Shown piece after piece: positions 48,250-58,000 of a stretch of DNA of 64,000 nt. The notes beneath the pieces are model-generated. The model was not told where the DNA came from. It saw only the letters and a list, made by a program, of their open reading frames with translations, and did not search any database. The DNA comes from a virus: IMG/VR virus record IMGVR_UViG_3300007513_000026, positions 8,531-72,530 of that record. One strand, given 5' to 3'. Numbering within the stretch: position 1 is the stretch's first letter; every line of letters starts with the position of its first letter. Made by a program: the position numbers and the translations under genes.

Positions 48250-48561
48250 TTATGCGCGCTTTTCTGTCGAAGTCGTCTTTTTTGACTTGCTTTTGCGCGG
48301 GGCGGTAGCTTTTTTCTTCGGTGGGGGGCGCTTGGTGGTCGTTGTCTTTTTGGGACTCACCGTCTTGACCTCCACTTCGGGGGTAACCGTTTCTACAGCC
48401 ACTGGTGTGGGGGTTGCTTCTGTTTTTGTCTCCACTGCCGGTGTGGCTTCCACGTTTTCAGTAGTGTCGGCCGCTGCCGCCAACAGCCTCGCTCGGGGGT
48501 GTGCCGAGTGTTTTGTGGCGAATTTTGCTTTCGCGCTGTTAAGTCTTCTTTTCTTGCCCAT
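48250..48561 (-). CDS. Small basic K/T/P-rich protein
   Basis: Low-complexity H1-like tail; GGAG SD; own late motif at 48587-48594. Confidence 0.6.
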   Translation of the reverse strand: MGKKRRLNSAKAKFATKHSAHPRARLLAAAADTTENVEATPAVETKTEATPTPVAVETVTPEVEVKTVSPKKTTTTKRPPPKKKATAPRKSKSKKTTSTEKRA

Positions 48562-48664
48562 GATAACTCCTTTATGGTTTGTAAAGTAAATAGTATGTAT
48601 TTTGCAAAAACGAAAATCTCAAAAAATTGGGCGCGGTATTTTTGAGGGGATCGCCTTTTTACAC

Positions 48665-48689
48665 AAAAAAACCCCCTCCGAAGAGGGGG
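48665..48689 (-). terminator. Intrinsic terminator with cUUCGg tetraloop
   Basis: CCCCCTC-TTCG-GAGGGGG-TTTTTTT. Confidence 0.9.
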
Positions 48690-48728
48690 GGAAATATAAA
48701 GATATATTTTAAATGTTATATCAAATTA

Positions 48729-49259
48729 TCAAGTAGAGCCAAAAGGTGTGGCGGGAGTGCCAGTTGCAACTTGTAATCCTTCAACGAGCCACAAATCTGC
48801 CTTAATGTTAGTAATTCGACAAGTGGTGCCCATGATACCGGTCCCATCACCATCGAATTGCACAAAATCATAACCATCACCTTGAACTGCTGGAAAGCAT
48901 TTTACGGCATCGCTGGTATCTGTATCAACATTCAAGAAGTTACCAACCATATCTTCGTTCGTCGTGTCGGAGCAAATCACCTTGTGTTCATTTGAGGTTG
49001 CAGTGACGGCACACACAACATCAATATACCACCCAATGAGGTCTCCGTCACCAGAATCCGGTAACGTAAGCGCTGCGCCATCGGCGTCGTTAAAAATATA
49101 CAACTTGCCCGAATCGGCCGCTGTCAGCGTCGTATCATCCTCAATATTGCTATATGGCAATTTAACACCAGCCAGTGTTGCGCCATTCATCTGTAATTCT
49201 CTCTTTAAATTCTGAATCAATGCTTGGGTTCTCGCCAAGCCTACTCTTTTAGTTCCCAT
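48729..49259 (-). CDS. Probable capsid decoration/structural protein
   Basis: TLTAADSGK...LTLP beta-rich domain; follows the MCP; own late motif. Confidence 0.6.
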   Translation of the reverse strand: MGTKRVGLARTQALIQNLKRELQMNGATLAGVKLPYSNIEDDTTLTAADSGKLYIFNDADGAALTLPDSGDGDLIGWYIDVVCAVTATSNEHKVICSDTTNEDMVGNFLNVDTDTSDAVKCFPAVQGDGYDFVQFDGDGTGIMGTTCRITNIKADLWLVEGLQVATGTPATPFGST

Positions 49260-49342
49260 TTTTATAACCCTCCATTTGTAATCATGTCATTTAACATGGG
49301 ATAAACCTTTCGGTTCGTACATAAGTAGTCTTTACACATACG

Positions 49343-49370
49343 AAAGCCTCCTTCAAAAGAAGGAGGCTTT
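49343..49370 (-). terminator. Intrinsic terminator after major capsid gene
   Basis: Perfect AAAGCCTCCTTC-4-GAAGGAGGCTTT stem. Confidence 0.8.
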
Positions 49371-49404
49371 GTATTGGTTTGCTACTATTATTTAGCTAAT
49401 TGAT

Positions 49405-51213
49405 TTAGCTAGTGGCACCCGCTTCGCCCATGAGACCGCGCACGACGACTAAGCCGTACAAGTCAGGACGCACCATCTTCTTGGCATAACGAGTCATGAC
49501 TCCCTTACGGGGCACGAAGTCCTCTGGTCCAAAGATGGTAGGTGTGGTCTGCAGTGGCACGTACGGAGCGTACACATATCCAGATTCAAGGAAACTGGAT
49601 CCTCTGCGGCCAACCAAGATGACGTTGCGGAGGAAGTAAGGATCGACGATAACGTCGAACTTCTTGCTCAGCGAGCCAACCTTGACAGCACCAATGCTAC
49701 CCTTCTCATCATCGGCGGTAACGCTTGCGCGGAAACCAGCGGTGAATTCGAGAATGTTAGCAATCTCAGGTGAACAGACGATGAAGTTAGCACCACCACG
49801 AAGAGTCTTACGGTGAATCTGCGCGGACACATCATTGATGGTCTCTGCAAGAGTCTCGTACCACTCAGACACTGTGCCGGTGAAATCGGGAGCAGCCGAA
49901 CTGGCACCGATTTCCAGACCAGTTTCACGGTTCACGAAGAGACCGGGAGCACGTGCCCAGTAATAGACCGCTGCAGTAGCACCTTGAACAAGGTCTGCAA
50001 GGATCTCGCGGTCAATCTCAAGAGCAATCTGCTCGGAGAGAATGCTGGTAAGCTCGACTTCAGCGTCAAGGTTGTGATAGGCATTAAGATCCTGTCCCAA
50101 CTCTGGCGTCCACTTAGCCTTCAGCTTCTTGGTCTGCGCAGTGATAGCCACGGAATCGACTTTGATATCGATCTCGGGGATATTGACTTGGTTTTCCAAG
50201 CCCCACTCTGCCTGACCAACCACAGAACCGAGAGCCCCACCACTGGTGAGATCATCAGTCTGTGCCCAAGAGAGCGTGTTTGTCGAAGCTGTGATACCCG
50301 ACATAACTGCGTTCTTAAGGTCAAGTCCACCAGCGGCATGAGCACCATCTGCTCCAAGACCGGTAAAACCGAGAAGAACATAGGGTGTAGCTGACGCACT
50401 AACCTCGCGAGTGAATCGACGAATAAGGCGTGCCATATTGTTTCCAGCAGCATCCTGCACAACGCCATTACCAGCGGAGCTAGAGATACTAAAGGACTGA
50501 GGTCCGTCAAGGTTGACCTGGTCCAGACCACTCTTAAGAACTCGGACGAATGCAAGCGTGGTAGAGCCAGAAACAAGATCCGCATCAAAGCGCCCTTCCT
50601 TCATAAGAGCCGAACCATTAGTGTCTACGTCGCCCCAGGCGCCATAATTGCCTGCCAGAGGAGTAGTGGTCACGGCATTACCGAGGCCCGAACCAGTCGG
50701 AGAAGAATAACCGTTGTTAAGGTTATAAGGTCCGCCTGCAAGACCAACACCATACTCATCAAGATCCACACCTCCGGTGATTTGCGAACCAACAGCGTTT
50801 CCGCCATAGAACGAACCGGACCACTTGTATCCCAAACGAGAGTACATGTCATCCACGCCGTCTCCGGTGTCCCGACTCACAGTGAAGTCGAGGAAGAAGA
50901 TGAGACCCGAAGGGAGACTCATCGGCTGAACGCTAACGAGGTCGTTAGCAATCAGGCCAGCGAAAACACGACGAACGATGGGGAATGCGACGGCTGCGAA
51001 ACCTTCAACATCACCACCAGCCATGGTGCTGGACTCACGGAGAAGTTCCTTAGCTTGGTTCTCAAGCAAACGTGCCATACTCTGACGACCTCGATCACTA
51101 TCTAAACCTTCTAAAAGACCAGTCTTCTCCCACTTATTTAACAATGCGTGACCTTCGGCCCGCATATCACGATTGACAATACCTTCTGTCAATCTTTCTA
51201 CGATACTAGACAT
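49405..51213 (-). CDS. Major capsid protein (T4 gp23-like)
   Basis: VSVQPMSLPSGLIF, KLKAKWTPE.GQDL.AYH..DAE.EL, EIDREI, YAPYVPL, GVMTRYA. Confidence 0.97.
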   Translation of the reverse strand: MSSIVERLTEGIVNRDMRAEGHALLNKWEKTGLLEGLDSDRGRQSMARLLENQAKELLRESSTMAGGDVEGFAAVAFPIVRRVFAGLIANDLVSVQPMSLPSGLIFFLDFTVSRDTGDGVDDMYSRLGYKWSGSFYGGNAVGSQITGGVDLDEYGVGLAGGPYNLNNGYSSPTGSGLGNAVTTTPLAGNYGAWGDVDTNGSALMKEGRFDADLVSGSTTLAFVRVLKSGLDQVNLDGPQSFSISSSAGNGVVQDAAGNNMARLIRRFTREVSASATPYVLLGFTGLGADGAHAAGGLDLKNAVMSGITASTNTLSWAQTDDLTSGGALGSVVGQAEWGLENQVNIPEIDIKVDSVAITAQTKKLKAKWTPELGQDLNAYHNLDAEVELTSILSEQIALEIDREILADLVQGATAAVYYWARAPGLFVNRETGLEIGASSAAPDFTGTVSEWYETLAETINDVSAQIHRKTLRGGANFIVCSPEIANILEFTAGFRASVTADDEKGSIGAVKVGSLSKKFDVIVDPYFLRNVILVGRRGSSFLESGYVYAPYVPLQTTPTIFGPEDFVPRKGVMTRYAKKMVRPDLYGLVVVRGLMGEAGATS

Positions 51214-51235
51214 TTTAATACCTCCTAAATTTGTA

Positions 51236-52396
51236 TTATTTTATTCCTGCTAGTTGACGCATTCGTTGTGTGAATGTGTCAGTGGGTTGTGCAGACTCTT
51301 TACGAGTCGCACGAATTACAGAAGATGGACGGGAAATAGCTTCGCTAAGTGATTGTGGGCCTCTCTTTGGAGGTGCCGCCACCGTGCTTTCAAGCGTATT
51401 GTAAATTGTCTTTGCTTCTGCGACTGAACCTGCTTTAGAAATAGCTTCGGCAATTCTTGTTTTTTGCCGCTCATTTAACGAGGTATTTCTCAAAACACGA
51501 TTCGTGTAAAGCAAACGTGCATTAGAAAGGTTAACGCCTTGAAGGCTTTCCTTAATTTCTAATGTTGCCTGCTTGTATTGTGAAAGTTGCTCTTTGAGTT
51601 GTTTATTCTCGAAAACTAACTCTTCTTGAGCTTTCTTCATATCTTTTAATTCATCTTCAATGCCGGTACTACGACGATGGGCGAGAGCCTTTTCTAACTC
51701 CCACTTAATACTTTCGGAGGAGCGGCCGGCCCATCCTGAAAGTTCTGCGCCCATATCGACGGTAAGTTTCTCAACGAGGGAATCAATCAATTCCTCGGAG
51801 ATTTCGACTTCTTCGTTCTTAGTTTCTTCCTGACCACCTTCGCCGGATTCTTCATCTTGCTTACCAGAGGCAGATACCAAAGCTGCATCAGCAGCGGCTT
51901 GGCTGTCGTCGGTGTCGCCATATTCTGTGGCTTCGCCGTCTTCCGACAAAATGGATGCCAAGTCATCGACATCAAATGTTAACTCTTCATCAATCTCAGC
52001 CTGGAGTGCTGCAACGGATTCGCGCAGGGAGCCCAAATCAAGCTCAACTTCAACAGGCTCACCTTCGGTGGGAATGCCTCTATTGTTCTCGCCTGGCATT
52101 TCGGCCAAGCTATCGGTAGCTGCGAAGGGAACGTCTTCCACGTCTTCATCGATTGGATCCGCTTCGCCTATTCCGCCTTCTGGGGTTTCCTCTAATCCAA
52201 GGTTTCCCAAATCGTCTCCCTCAATCGGAGGAGGTGCATCACCCGCCATTCCCAACTCATCTTGTTCTAACAACTTTTCAAGCGTCTGACGGACCTCGTC
52301 AGAATACTTATCGATAATCTCGGTTTCAGCATGCTTTAACGCGGCTTCTCTCAAAGCCGCCGCATCAACGATAGCTTCCTTTAATAAACTTGACAT
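51236..52396 (-). CDS. Prohead scaffold/core protein
   Basis: Acidic coiled coil upstream of MCP; LLKEAI.DA start, NL.NA.LLY.N, terminal RMRQLAGIK. Confidence 0.8.
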   Translation of the reverse strand: MSSLLKEAIVDAAALREAALKHAETEIIDKYSDEVRQTLEKLLEQDELGMAGDAPPPIEGDDLGNLGLEETPEGGIGEADPIDEDVEDVPFAATDSLAEMPGENNRGIPTEGEPVEVELDLGSLRESVAALQAEIDEELTFDVDDLASILSEDGEATEYGDTDDSQAAADAALVSASGKQDEESGEGGQEETKNEEVEISEELIDSLVEKLTVDMGAELSGWAGRSSESIKWELEKALAHRRSTGIEDELKDMKKAQEELVFENKQLKEQLSQYKQATLEIKESLQGVNLSNARLLYTNRVLRNTSLNERQKTRIAEAISKAGSVAEAKTIYNTLESTVAAPPKRGPQSLSEAISRPSSVIRATRKESAQPTDTFTQRMRQLAGIK

Positions 52397-52429
52397 AGAG
52401 TACTCCCTAAAAAAAACATTTTTTCAAAA

Positions 52430-52437
52430 TAAATAGT
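52430..52437 (-). promoter_or_regulatory. Putative late promoter motif ACTAWTTA (scaffold/MCP operon; representative copy)
   Basis: Same 8-mer or a 1-mismatch variant at 649, 6065, 7813, 40500, 42325, 45439, 48187, 48587, 49322, 53628, 53860, 56496, 57301, 58506. Confidence 0.7.
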
Positions 52438-52462
52438 GTCTTGGAAGCCAAAAAGACGTTGT

Positions 52463-53611
52463 TTATGATCCGGTTTTACCGATTACCCACCATTTATTCC
52501 CGTCTGACTGAAATGTTATTGTGGAGAAAACCATCTTGATGGTGATGGAGTCGGAAATATCTAACTTTCCTTCCTCTACTTTAATTTTCAAAGGATGAGA
52601 ATTTAAACTATATTGTTTTGTTGTCATTTTCTTAAATATAAGCACTCTTCCGCGATGATTGCATGCGGGGGGCAACGTGACAGTGATATTGGTCGTAGCT
52701 GTATCGCACAAGACTGTATAATCCTGGGGGCCCACATCGTATTCTGCGTCTGTAGTAGTGGTAATATTCTTGACTACCGCACCATTACATGTGACTTGTC
52801 CTTCGAACTCTACATTGCCGAGAGTTTTGAGGGATTTAGAGACCACTTTGCCGCCCACATTTAAAATGTCGTTCTTCATATCATACTTCAAACCAGAAGC
52901 TGCGCCAAAGCCTTTACCATCTTTTATTTGAAGACTACCTGGGGCTCCACTGGGGGCGGGCGATTTAGTTCGAATGTAAGATTCATATAAATTAGACAAT
53001 GAAGTGTGGCATACCATGTCCCGCGAGGCATCCTGAATCAACAAAAGGTCATTATCACTAAGGTTTTGTCCTTCGGCTCTGACGTTGGTGCTATTCTCTG
53101 GATCGATAGCAAGCCTTCTATCTCTAAAAGATAAACCTTGATGCGGGGCCAACGAAACACTGGTTCCTTCTTCGCTTGTAGTAATTCCCTCATAAGGTTT
53201 TATTTGTAGCTCTCCGCGAATGTCGGCCAAGCCAGGAGCAAGCTGCAGGGACGTGGCTGAAATCTTTCCGTCAAACTGATCCACGGGCACTTTCTTAAGC
53301 CCGCAGGCATTTCCCGAAATATCTCCTTGCACCAAGAGATTCTTCGCATGAAGAATATCGTTTTCATAAATTAAATCAAACTGAGCAACGCCAGTGGTGC
53401 CTTCGTCATATGTCAAAAGCGCCCCTCGGCGACTACCTTTGATTTTCGTAATCGCTACATCTTTCATTGTGGCACAAGGGCTGGCTGCATCTGTATCATA
53501 GAAGACGCTAGCGCTAATTGTGTTCTTGAAAATTTTAATGCCATCAATCTCTTGATCGCCATATTGGTCTACCGACCCTTCTACGGTGCCTTTTAAAACG
53601 TTGTAAGCCAT
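52463..53611 (-). CDS. Fibre/decoration protein (paralog family)
   Basis: MAYNVL.GTV N-terminus; C-terminal DY.V..D...ITVTLP.A...GR..I.K domain. Confidence 0.65.
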   Translation of the reverse strand: MAYNVLKGTVEGSVDQYGDQEIDGIKIFKNTISASVFYDTDAASPCATMKDVAITKIKGSRRGALLTYDEGTTGVAQFDLIYENDILHAKNLLVQGDISGNACGLKKVPVDQFDGKISATSLQLAPGLADIRGELQIKPYEGITTSEEGTSVSLAPHQGLSFRDRRLAIDPENSTNVRAEGQNLSDNDLLLIQDASRDMVCHTSLSNLYESYIRTKSPAPSGAPGSLQIKDGKGFGAASGLKYDMKNDILNVGGKVVSKSLKTLGNVEFEGQVTCNGAVVKNITTTTDAEYDVGPQDYTVLCDTATTNITVTLPPACNHRGRVLIFKKMTTKQYSLNSHPLKIKVEEGKLDISDSITIKMVFSTITFQSDGNKWWVIGKTGS

Positions 53612-53641
53612 TTGTTCCCTCGCTCTATAATTAGCATGCTT

Positions 53642-53854
53642 TTATTTATCTGTAACTATGAAACTACCAAAATTAACGCAACTTTCGTGACGACATGCGA
53701 GATCATATTCATTTAGCACAGAACGCACTATCTCTTTCATTCTTTCAGAGTGTCCGGTGATAATCTTGCACGGAATATCGCTCCGATAAATAAACCTATG
53801 AATCTTATATTCGGCCTCGTCATGAAGAGTTCCGTGTAAATCTAAAGTGTCCAT
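53642..53854 (-). CDS. Stand-alone Smr/MutS2-domain protein
   Basis: TLDLHG...EA...KIITGHS...MK..V...N.GS signature, 70 aa. Confidence 0.82.
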   Translation of the reverse strand: MDTLDLHGTLHDEAEYKIHRFIYRSDIPCKIITGHSERMKEIVRSVLNEYDLACRHESCVNFGSFIVTDK

Positions 53855-53868
53855 ATCAATAAATAGTC

Positions 53869-53902
53869 AAAAAAAAGGATGCCCCCCGAAAGAGAGGCAT
53901 CC
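53869..53902 (-). terminator. Intrinsic terminator
   Basis: GGATGCC...GGCATCC stem then T8 on minus strand. Confidence 0.8.
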
Positions 53903-53942
53903 AAAACAAGATAAAAACCTTGCAACTAAAGAAAACGTTAGT

Positions 53943-56417
53943 CTACAAGATGACAAACGTGTCAGCAGCAACATAGAACAAGTTAACAGCACCATGTGGT
54001 GATTCAATCACAATAGAAGCAGTACTACCATCAAAAGTTTGCGAACCTACTCTAGCAATCGTCAGAGTGTTGGTTGTGCTAACTCCAGCAGGAGCTTTAA
54101 TGCGCACAACATCGCCGGCCTCCAAGTTACTAGAAGCAATCATAGTCCAAGTGCGTGGCGCGGTGAACGTTGCATTACCATAATTTAACCCTTCAGCTAA
54201 AGTGGCATCTACGTTTCCAATGGCATTGGGCGCTGAGCTAGCAGCCGAAACGCTAAACACGCCGTTAGTTGCAGTAATGCCCGTTCCAGCCATGGCGGTA
54301 GCCAAGTCTGCAATGCTTTCTTTACGTGTGTTGTTGCCGTCGCTAGAATCAACAATAGCAAGACTATCCAGAGCCACATCAACTGCAGCAGCCGATAACG
54401 AATTCATGTCTAGTTTCCAGTCACTTACAGCAGCAGAAGCGTCATAAGTCGTTCCGCCCAAACCTGAGTTAACAGCTTTAGAAAGCGCGTTAGTCAGAGT
54501 AGCAGTTAACTTAGGAGTGCCATCACCACCAAGAACCAAAGCATCGCCAGTTTGTGTCAGCGTCAAATCACCATTATCAAAGTTGATAACGCCACCTTCC
54601 GCGAGGAAGAGGTCGCTAAACTGTAAGGCAGTTGTACCGAGAGCAGCACCATTATTAGTCTTTGGGGTGATACCAGAGGCGACTGTAACGACACCCAAAT
54701 CGGTTAATCTAAGCACTTCAGTTCCATCATACTGATTGAAAACCAAATCATCGCCATCAACCATGAGATTTACATCAACGTCGCCTGCAGTGGTATCAAC
54801 ATCGATAGTCAATTTTGCAGTACCGGCATCTTTGAATTCAAAGTTTCCACCAGCAGCATCGAGAACGATGTCTGTGGTTGAATCCAAAGTTAAATCTCCA
54901 GTTGAATTAATAGAGATCGGTGTAGCAGCAATAGTCAGACCAGTTGTTCCGTCGTGAGTAAAAGTAGCATCGCTACCTAGACCCATCGAAAGAACCGCCG
55001 AATCAGACAACAGTGATACGTCATCGCCAACCAGAAGATCAAGAGCAACCGAAGCACCACCGTCCACAACAAGAGCGGCAGTGCCGATAGCAGAAGCGGC
55101 GGTAGTGCTAGCAACATCTAGAACACCAGCAGCCGAAACAGTCACTGGAGTGGCGGCACCGATAGTGGTCACACCAGCAGCACTAGCTAAGGTAGTTGCC
55201 TGAGTCGAACTCAAACCACCAACAACATCAGTATCGCCAGTTATATCAACGTCGCCACTAGAAACGATCTTAAGATCAGTTCCGTCGCCAGAGATATATT
55301 CACCAGCGTCACCAAAGGCAAGTCGGGCGCCTGAAGCGGCCATGACGCAGTTATTAGCTGATTGATCTGTCAAAGTGAATTTAGAAGTGTTTCCAATGTT
55401 CAGAATTGCACCATCAGATAATAGATCCAAATCATCACCGATAACTGCACTCTTAGCAACACTCAAACCACCATCGGTCTGTAAAGAACCGTCAGTTGTT
55501 GAAGTTGCTTCAGTTGTGTCATCAGTCTTGAGAATACCGCTGAAAGTACCTGCACCGGTTACATCAACTAAAGTAGCTGTGATATCGAGGTCACCACTTG
55601 ATATGATGTCTAGATCGGTACCATCACCACTAATGTATTCGCCAGCATTACCAAAGGCAAGCCGGGCGCCTGAAGCAGCCATGACGCAGTTATTAGCTGA
55701 TTGATCTGTCAAAGTGAACTTAGAAGTGCTTCCAATGTTCAGAATTGCACCATCAGATAATAGATCCAAGTCATCACCGATAACTACGCTTTTAGCAACC
55801 GAAAGACCACCATCGGTCTGTAAAGAACCGTCAGTTGTTGAAGTTGCTTCGGTTGTGTCATCGGTTTTGAGAATGCCACTGAAAGTACCAGTCCCACCAG
55901 TAGCAGTACCGAGACTTGAGAACGATGAAGTCAGCGAGTGAGTGTTAACACCCTTCTGAGCGTCATAAATGACAGCTTTAGAAGCAACCTGCGTGCCGGC
56001 GCTGGCGCCGTCCACCAAGTTGAGTTCAGCAGCAGTCGAAGTCACGAGCGTTCCGGCCAATTTAAGTCCATATGTGGCTGCATCTGCGGATGCAATATTG
56101 AAGTCAAAATTGCCATCTTTAACAGTAATTGCGCTTGCTCCAAGCGTCAAGAAATCCGTTACCGTTGCACTTCCAATAGTGCCATCATCCGGTAACAAGA
56201 CAGTAGCTAGCGAAGCGCCTCCTTTGTCATTAAGATAATAAGTGGTACCAGCACTACCGAATACGAGCGAAGATCCACTGATACCATAACTAGCGGAAAT
56301 GCTGCCTTGTTGGGCAGCGAGTGTGGGGTCTGCTACGGTGTTTGTAATAACCATCGGACCCTCTTGTGTAAGGGATCCGCTTGCGCGGTAATCCCCTAAT
56401 TGAAATTTATAAGACAT
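53943..56417 (-). CDS. Long fibre protein with internal duplication
   Basis: 824 aa G/S/T/A/D-rich; 113-aa tandem repeat; shared C-terminal domain. Confidence 0.75.
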   Translation of the reverse strand: MSYKFQLGDYRASGSLTQEGPMVITNTVADPTLAAQQGSISASYGISGSSLVFGSAGTTYYLNDKGGASLATVLLPDDGTIGSATVTDFLTLGASAITVKDGNFDFNIASADAATYGLKLAGTLVTSTAAELNLVDGASAGTQVASKAVIYDAQKGVNTHSLTSSFSSLGTATGGTGTFSGILKTDDTTEATSTTDGSLQTDGGLSVAKSVVIGDDLDLLSDGAILNIGSTSKFTLTDQSANNCVMAASGARLAFGNAGEYISGDGTDLDIISSGDLDITATLVDVTGAGTFSGILKTDDTTEATSTTDGSLQTDGGLSVAKSAVIGDDLDLLSDGAILNIGNTSKFTLTDQSANNCVMAASGARLAFGDAGEYISGDGTDLKIVSSGDVDITGDTDVVGGLSSTQATTLASAAGVTTIGAATPVTVSAAGVLDVASTTAASAIGTAALVVDGGASVALDLLVGDDVSLLSDSAVLSMGLGSDATFTHDGTTGLTIAATPISINSTGDLTLDSTTDIVLDAAGGNFEFKDAGTAKLTIDVDTTAGDVDVNLMVDGDDLVFNQYDGTEVLRLTDLGVVTVASGITPKTNNGAALGTTALQFSDLFLAEGGVINFDNGDLTLTQTGDALVLGGDGTPKLTATLTNALSKAVNSGLGGTTYDASAAVSDWKLDMNSLSAAAVDVALDSLAIVDSSDGNNTRKESIADLATAMAGTGITATNGVFSVSAASSAPNAIGNVDATLAEGLNYGNATFTAPRTWTMIASSNLEAGDVVRIKAPAGVSTTNTLTIARVGSQTFDGSTASIVIESPHGAVNLFYVAADTFVIL
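55240..55889. repeat. 339-bp-period tandem duplication inside fibre gene
   Basis: CCATCGGTCT at 55471 and 55810; TGAAAGTACC at 55541 and 55880. Confidence 0.92.
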
Positions 56418-56523
56418 ATTTTTATACCCTCCCAGATATTTTTGTTTGTCAGAACGAGCAATGCGTATACAAGATACACCTCACCCGCTCACGTATAAAT
56501 AGTCGAGAGAAACGCTTTAAAAA

Positions 56524-57279
56524 TCAGTAAACGAAGTATTTATTAACCCCATTACAATAAAGCTGGACGGATGCGTAGGGTGATTCTAAAACTATTGTAT
56601 TTTGACCGTCGATTGTATCGCTTCCTGCGCGGGAAACCGTCACATTGTTGGTATGAGCAACCCCTCCCTCGTCTTTAATAATCCATGTTTGCCCACTAGT
56701 TGTCGCATTCGCAGATGGAAGAGTTAGGGTGATCGCACCGTCGCTAGTGTTCACACCTACAAAATAATCAGTAGTGCTAATGGTGTAATTATCTGTCTTA
56801 AGCACTCTCTTATGAATAATGCCCCCCGCGAACTGAGAATTTCCCACCACAGATAGGGGATTTGCGGGAGTAGCGGAGGAGCCGATGTTCACACTACTTG
56901 TCGTATATGCCTGCGTCGTACTGGCCTGGGTGAAAATTCCACCACCAGAGCCGCCACCACCGCCGGTGATCCCTGTAAGTCGGCTGCCGTCCCCCTCAAA
57001 GAAGGACGCAGACATCCCGATACTGGCGCTTAGTTCGCCCGTGAGACTTAAAGTACTACCATCGAACCGAAGATTACTCTCACAGGTTAGTGTGTTGGCG
57101 TCTCCACCGACATTGGTGAGAAGAGCGTTGTTGGTGGCATTGCTAACGCGGGGAACATTGATAACATCCGCGCCATCGGAGGTACTCAGATTACCTGAAA
57201 CCACGTTCCCGATTATGAGTTCTCCGGGAATGTAGTTTTGAGCGGCGATTACGGTGCCACTTAGTGCGTTGTACGCCAT
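56524..57279 (-). CDS. Fibre/decoration protein (paralog family)
   Basis: MAYNALSGTV N-terminus; poly-Gly linker; DYFVGV...ITLTLP.A...IIKDE C-domain. Confidence 0.7.
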   Translation of the reverse strand: MAYNALSGTVIAAQNYIPGELIIGNVVSGNLSTSDGADVINVPRVSNATNNALLTNVGGDANTLTCESNLRFDGSTLSLTGELSASIGMSASFFEGDGSRLTGITGGGGGSGGGIFTQASTTQAYTTSSVNIGSSATPANPLSVVGNSQFAGGIIHKRVLKTDNYTISTTDYFVGVNTSDGAITLTLPSANATTSGQTWIIKDEGGVAHTNNVTVSRAGSDTIDGQNTIVLESPYASVQLYCNGVNKYFVY

Positions 57280-57303
57280 GCAAGATGTTCTCCTCTACAT
57301 TAA

Positions 57304-57999
57304 TTAGAAGACAAACCAATTGCTGCCATTAGAATAAAGGTTAATGGCCGGAAGGGAACCTGTCATGGTGTAAGAGTCTGTGTTGTCGATGAAGAACCCC
57401 GCCGAAGATCCGGTCACGAGAATACTTCCGGTACCTCGAAGGCTCATCTCATCTTTAACAATAATGAGGCGACCGGTGTTTGAAGATGAGGGCGCCGGCA
57501 AAGAAATAGTTACATCTTGTGATTTCACAACTCCAAGAATGTAGTCTGCCGATTTTACTGTATAGGCAGCCCCAATAATTTGGTGATACCTTCCTCCAAA
57601 GCCTCTCACACGCACAGATTCGTCATGAGCAGACGCACTTAAAAGATAGAAGCTTTCAAGTTTTCCTGCTTTTGAAACAGTTAAACTACCAGTACGGATA
57701 TGAACATCATCATCGGTGTTACCAAAATAAGTGGAGCCCGTGGCATCGATCTCTGTTACGTCTTCAATATGATAATGGCTGGCACTAATAGTATCGCTTA
57801 CTATCAAGGTTCCTGTGAGATAGAGGATGTGCGTCGTGGGTGCACCACCTGCAACACCGCCAGTCACAAAGGTTAAATTTAACGAGCCGGTGGTGGCCCC
57901 TCCGGATTCAGTAACAAACTGAATAGAGTTGGGTGGCCCATAAGAACCAGAACCACCCGCACCTGCGCAGTCAACATATGCCCAACCAAACTGAGCCAT
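57304..57999 (-). CDS. Fibre/decoration protein (paralog family)
   Basis: GST.FG.T.DD.H..TGS motif; DYILGV...ISLP...GR..IVKDE C-domain. Confidence 0.7.
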   Translation of the reverse strand: MAQFGWAYVDCAGAGGSGSYGPPNSIQFVTESGGATTGSLNLTFVTGGVAGGAPTTHILYLTGTLIVSDTISASHYHIEDVTEIDATGSTYFGNTDDDVHIRTGSLTVSKAGKLESFYLLSASAHDESVRVRGFGGRYHQIIGAAYTVKSADYILGVVKSQDVTISLPAPSSSNTGRLIIVKDEMSLRGTGSILVTGSSAGFFIDNTDSYTMTGSLPAINLYSNGSNWFVF

Positions 58000-58000
58000 A

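Noticed and set aside
55240-55889. Repeat pair as a diversity-generating retroelement TR/VR
   Set aside because: Copies are in-frame tandem, differences are not adenine-specific, and no reverse transcriptase is in the window
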